A stretch of 64,000 bases of DNA from Alphaproteobacteria bacterium. Its GTDB lineage: Bacteria > Pseudomonadota > Alphaproteobacteria > SP197. A program made the translations under genes and the position numbers. Where the stretch lies: NCBI GenBank assembly GCA_964291265.2, contig OZ219747.1, forward strand, positions 1,344,001-1,408,000, given 5' to 3'. This document shows positions 61,980 to 64,000 of this stretch, in pieces. Numbering within the stretch: the first letter of the stretch is position 1; each line of letters opens with the position of its first letter. The notes under the pieces are model-generated. The model saw only the letters and a program-made list of their open reading frames with translations, searched no databases and had not been told where the DNA came from.

Positions 61980-63095
61980 ATGAACACTCTCCTTCTGACC
62001 AGCGAATTTCCCCCCCAAATTGGTGGCATCGCTGCTCACGTTTACGAGTTGGCACGTCATCTTGACCTTCTTCAGGATCAGGTCGCGGTTCTCGCACCGA
62101 GCCAGGGCAAGGAGGATGGTGCCGAGTACACATTGGGATTTCCCATATACCGGAAAGACTTCCGGTTCTCGGGCAAACCGTTCTTTGATCTGCAACTTGC
62201 CATCTGGTTACGCCGGTACGTGGCATCGGCAAGACCCGACATCATCCATGTTCATGGCATGAAACCCTTGACGGCAACAAGGTTCTTGCGAAACATGCCC
62301 GTGGTCTTCACCAATCATACCTCTGGTTTCCTGAAACGGCTTGCCGGCTCGGCAATGCGCAGGGCCCGCACCGCAAGGCAACTCAGTCATGTGGCCGCAG
62401 TCATCGCACCTAGTCGCGAACTCCTGGCCGCGACTCGTACGATGGGATACACGGGCCCTGCCCACTACGTCTCCAATGGCGTCGATACTGACAGGTTTTC
62501 CCTTCACGCCGATGCCCGCGAGCGGCTTCGACGGGCCTGGAAGGTGCGTCACGACGAAGCCGTCGTCCTGCTGGCCCGCCGCCTGGTGAAGAAGAATGGA
62601 GTATCGGATTTTGCCCGAGCCTGCAGAATGCTGTCCGGTTCACGTTTCAGGATCGTGATTGCCGGAGACGGTCCGGAGCGTGTCGTCCTGGACAAGATTT
62701 TTTCTGAACTAGACATTGCCGACCGGGTCCATTTCCTGGGCGCGGTACCCAACGCCGACATGCCGGAAGTATACAGCGGCGCCGATCTCGCGGTACTGCC
62801 GTCGATCATGGAGGCGACAAGCATCGCCGGCCTTGAGGCCATGGCCTGCGGACTGAGTCTCGTTGGCACAGATGTCGGTGGGATCCCGGACCTGATATCA
62901 GATGGAGTCACCGGCCTTCTGGTTCCTGCCAACTCCCCCGATGCGCTGGGCGCGGCAATCCGCAAACTGGTGGAGGCGCCGGAGCCAAGGCAGGCTTTCG
63001 GTGATGCGGCACGGCAGAAGGCCGTTGCGGAATTTTCCTGGCCTCGTATTGCCGAGCGAACACGCGAGATCATGGGAGAAGCGGTGTCACGATGA
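61980..63095 (+). CDS. Glycosyltransferase family 4
   Basis: TSEFPPQIGGIA, NGVDTDRF and EATSIAGLEAMACG...TDVGGIPD. Confidence 0.9.
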   Translation: MNTLLLTSEFPPQIGGIAAHVYELARHLDLLQDQVAVLAPSQGKEDGAEYTLGFPIYRKDFRFSGKPFFDLQLAIWLRRYVASARPDIIHVHGMKPLTATRFLRNMPVVFTNHTSGFLKRLAGSAMRRARTARQLSHVAAVIAPSRELLAATRTMGYTGPAHYVSNGVDTDRFSLHADARERLRRAWKVRHDEAVVLLARRLVKKNGVSDFARACRMLSGSRFRIVIAGDGPERVVLDKIFSELDIADRVHFLGAVPNADMPEVYSGADLAVLPSIMEATSIAGLEAMACGLSLVGTDVGGIPDLISDGVTGLLVPANSPDALGAAIRKLVEAPEPRQAFGDAARQKAVAEFSWPRIAERTREIMGEAVSR

Positions 63096-64000
63096 AACCA
63101 GTGCTCGTGATCCTCGGCACCCGGCCCGAAGCAATCAAGCTTGCCCCTGTCATTGCCGAGCTGCGGTCACACCCGGTTCTCAACCCCGTGGTATGCCTGA
63201 CCGGTCAGCACGGCTCCGACATGGTCGATCCGATTCTGGACTTCTTCGACATCGAGCCGGACGAGCAACTCGACGTGATGCGACCCGACCAGTCACTGTC
63301 CATGTTGAGCGCAACGCTGCTGAAGCAACTTGAGAGGACTTTCGATCGCGTCAACCCTGAAGCAGTGCTGGTTCAGGGCGACACCACCAGCTGCCTCATG
63401 GGCGCCCTTTCAGGCTACTATCGAAAAGTGATGATCGGGCATGTAGAGGCCGGGCTGCGCAGCGGCAGTCTGGCCTCTCCGTTCCCCGAGGAAGCAAATC
63501 GCCAGATGGTGTCCCGCCTGGCGAATCTGCACTTCGCTCCAACCGAGCAGGCGGCCGAAGCACTGTATGCCGAAAACATAGGAAAAAGCCGGGTCACGGT
63601 GACAGGGAACACCGTCATCGACGCCTTGCTGCAGGTTGTAGCCCGAAATCGGCTGGACGGTGTGGATGTGCCGACAATGCTCTGGCCCGAACGCAGGGCC
63701 GACCGCCGGTACGTCTTGGTGACACTTCATCGACGCGAGGTCCTTGGTGAAACCATTCGTGACATGCTTGGCGCAATTGTCGATCTTGCCGCTCGACGCC
63801 CTGAAACAGACGTGGTGTTGATTGGGCACCCGAATCCCGGTGTGCAGAAGGCGATCATGGAAGTCTGTGCCGCGGCCAAACCGAACTTCAACGTGATTCC
63901 TCCTCAGCCATATCGTTGCTTCATTGACCTGATGGCGCACGCTCACCTTGTCTTGAGCGACTCTGGCGGTATTCAGGAAGAGGCGCCATCGCTTGATCGA
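63092..64000 (+). CDS. wecB: UDP-N-acetylglucosamine 2-epimerase (non-hydrolysing), 3'-partial
   Basis: GTRPEAIKLAP, TGQH, VQGDTT, HVEAGLRSG, PFPEEANR and SDSGGIQEEAPSL. Confidence 0.93.
   Translation, partial: MKPVLVILGTRPEAIKLAPVIAELRSHPVLNPVVCLTGQHGSDMVDPILDFFDIEPDEQLDVMRPDQSLSMLSATLLKQLERTFDRVNPEAVLVQGDTTSCLMGALSGYYRKVMIGHVEAGLRSGSLASPFPEEANRQMVSRLANLHFAPTEQAAEALYAENIGKSRVTVTGNTVIDALLQVVARNRLDGVDVPTMLWPERRADRRYVLVTLHRREVLGETIRDMLGAIVDLAARRPETDVVLIGHPNPGVQKAIMEVCAAAKPNFNVIPPQPYRCFIDLMAHAHLVLSDSGGIQEEAPSLDR

Overview
High-GC, alphaproteobacterial-looking window, judged from the GAAC-N7-GAAC LexA box, the ethylmalonyl-CoA pathway and the gene order. There are two housekeeping blocks: 1-16.2 kb (gluQ, agmatinase family, SOS-boxed imuA-imuB-dnaE2, ecm/ccrA/mcd, PduO-type adenosyltransferase, etfBA, hbd) and 38.9-47.6 kb (tRNA-Ser, lepA, pheT, pheS, rplT, rpmI, infC, thrS). 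They alternate with two accessory regions dense in nested mobile DNA (16.4-38.9 kb and 47.9-64 kb). The main highlights are: (1) five group II introns of three types, four of them ORF-less, all sitting in IS66 elements or inside other introns. They include a homo-twintron whose inner copy has EBS1/EBS2 rewritten to pair with domain 6 of its own family, while its own domain 6 carries a mismatch. (2) An uncharacterised large mobile-element protein with a C-terminal wHTH, preceded by ~260 nt of stacked hairpins. (3) IS66-family elements that carry translationally coupled passenger genes (DUF4338/DruA-like; an N6-adenine methyltransferase). (4) A decayed TIR + membrane-effector pair. (5) An apparent TpA-loss mutational signature across repeated elements. 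No CRISPR array is present. All family assignments come from motif recognition by eye, not from database searches.
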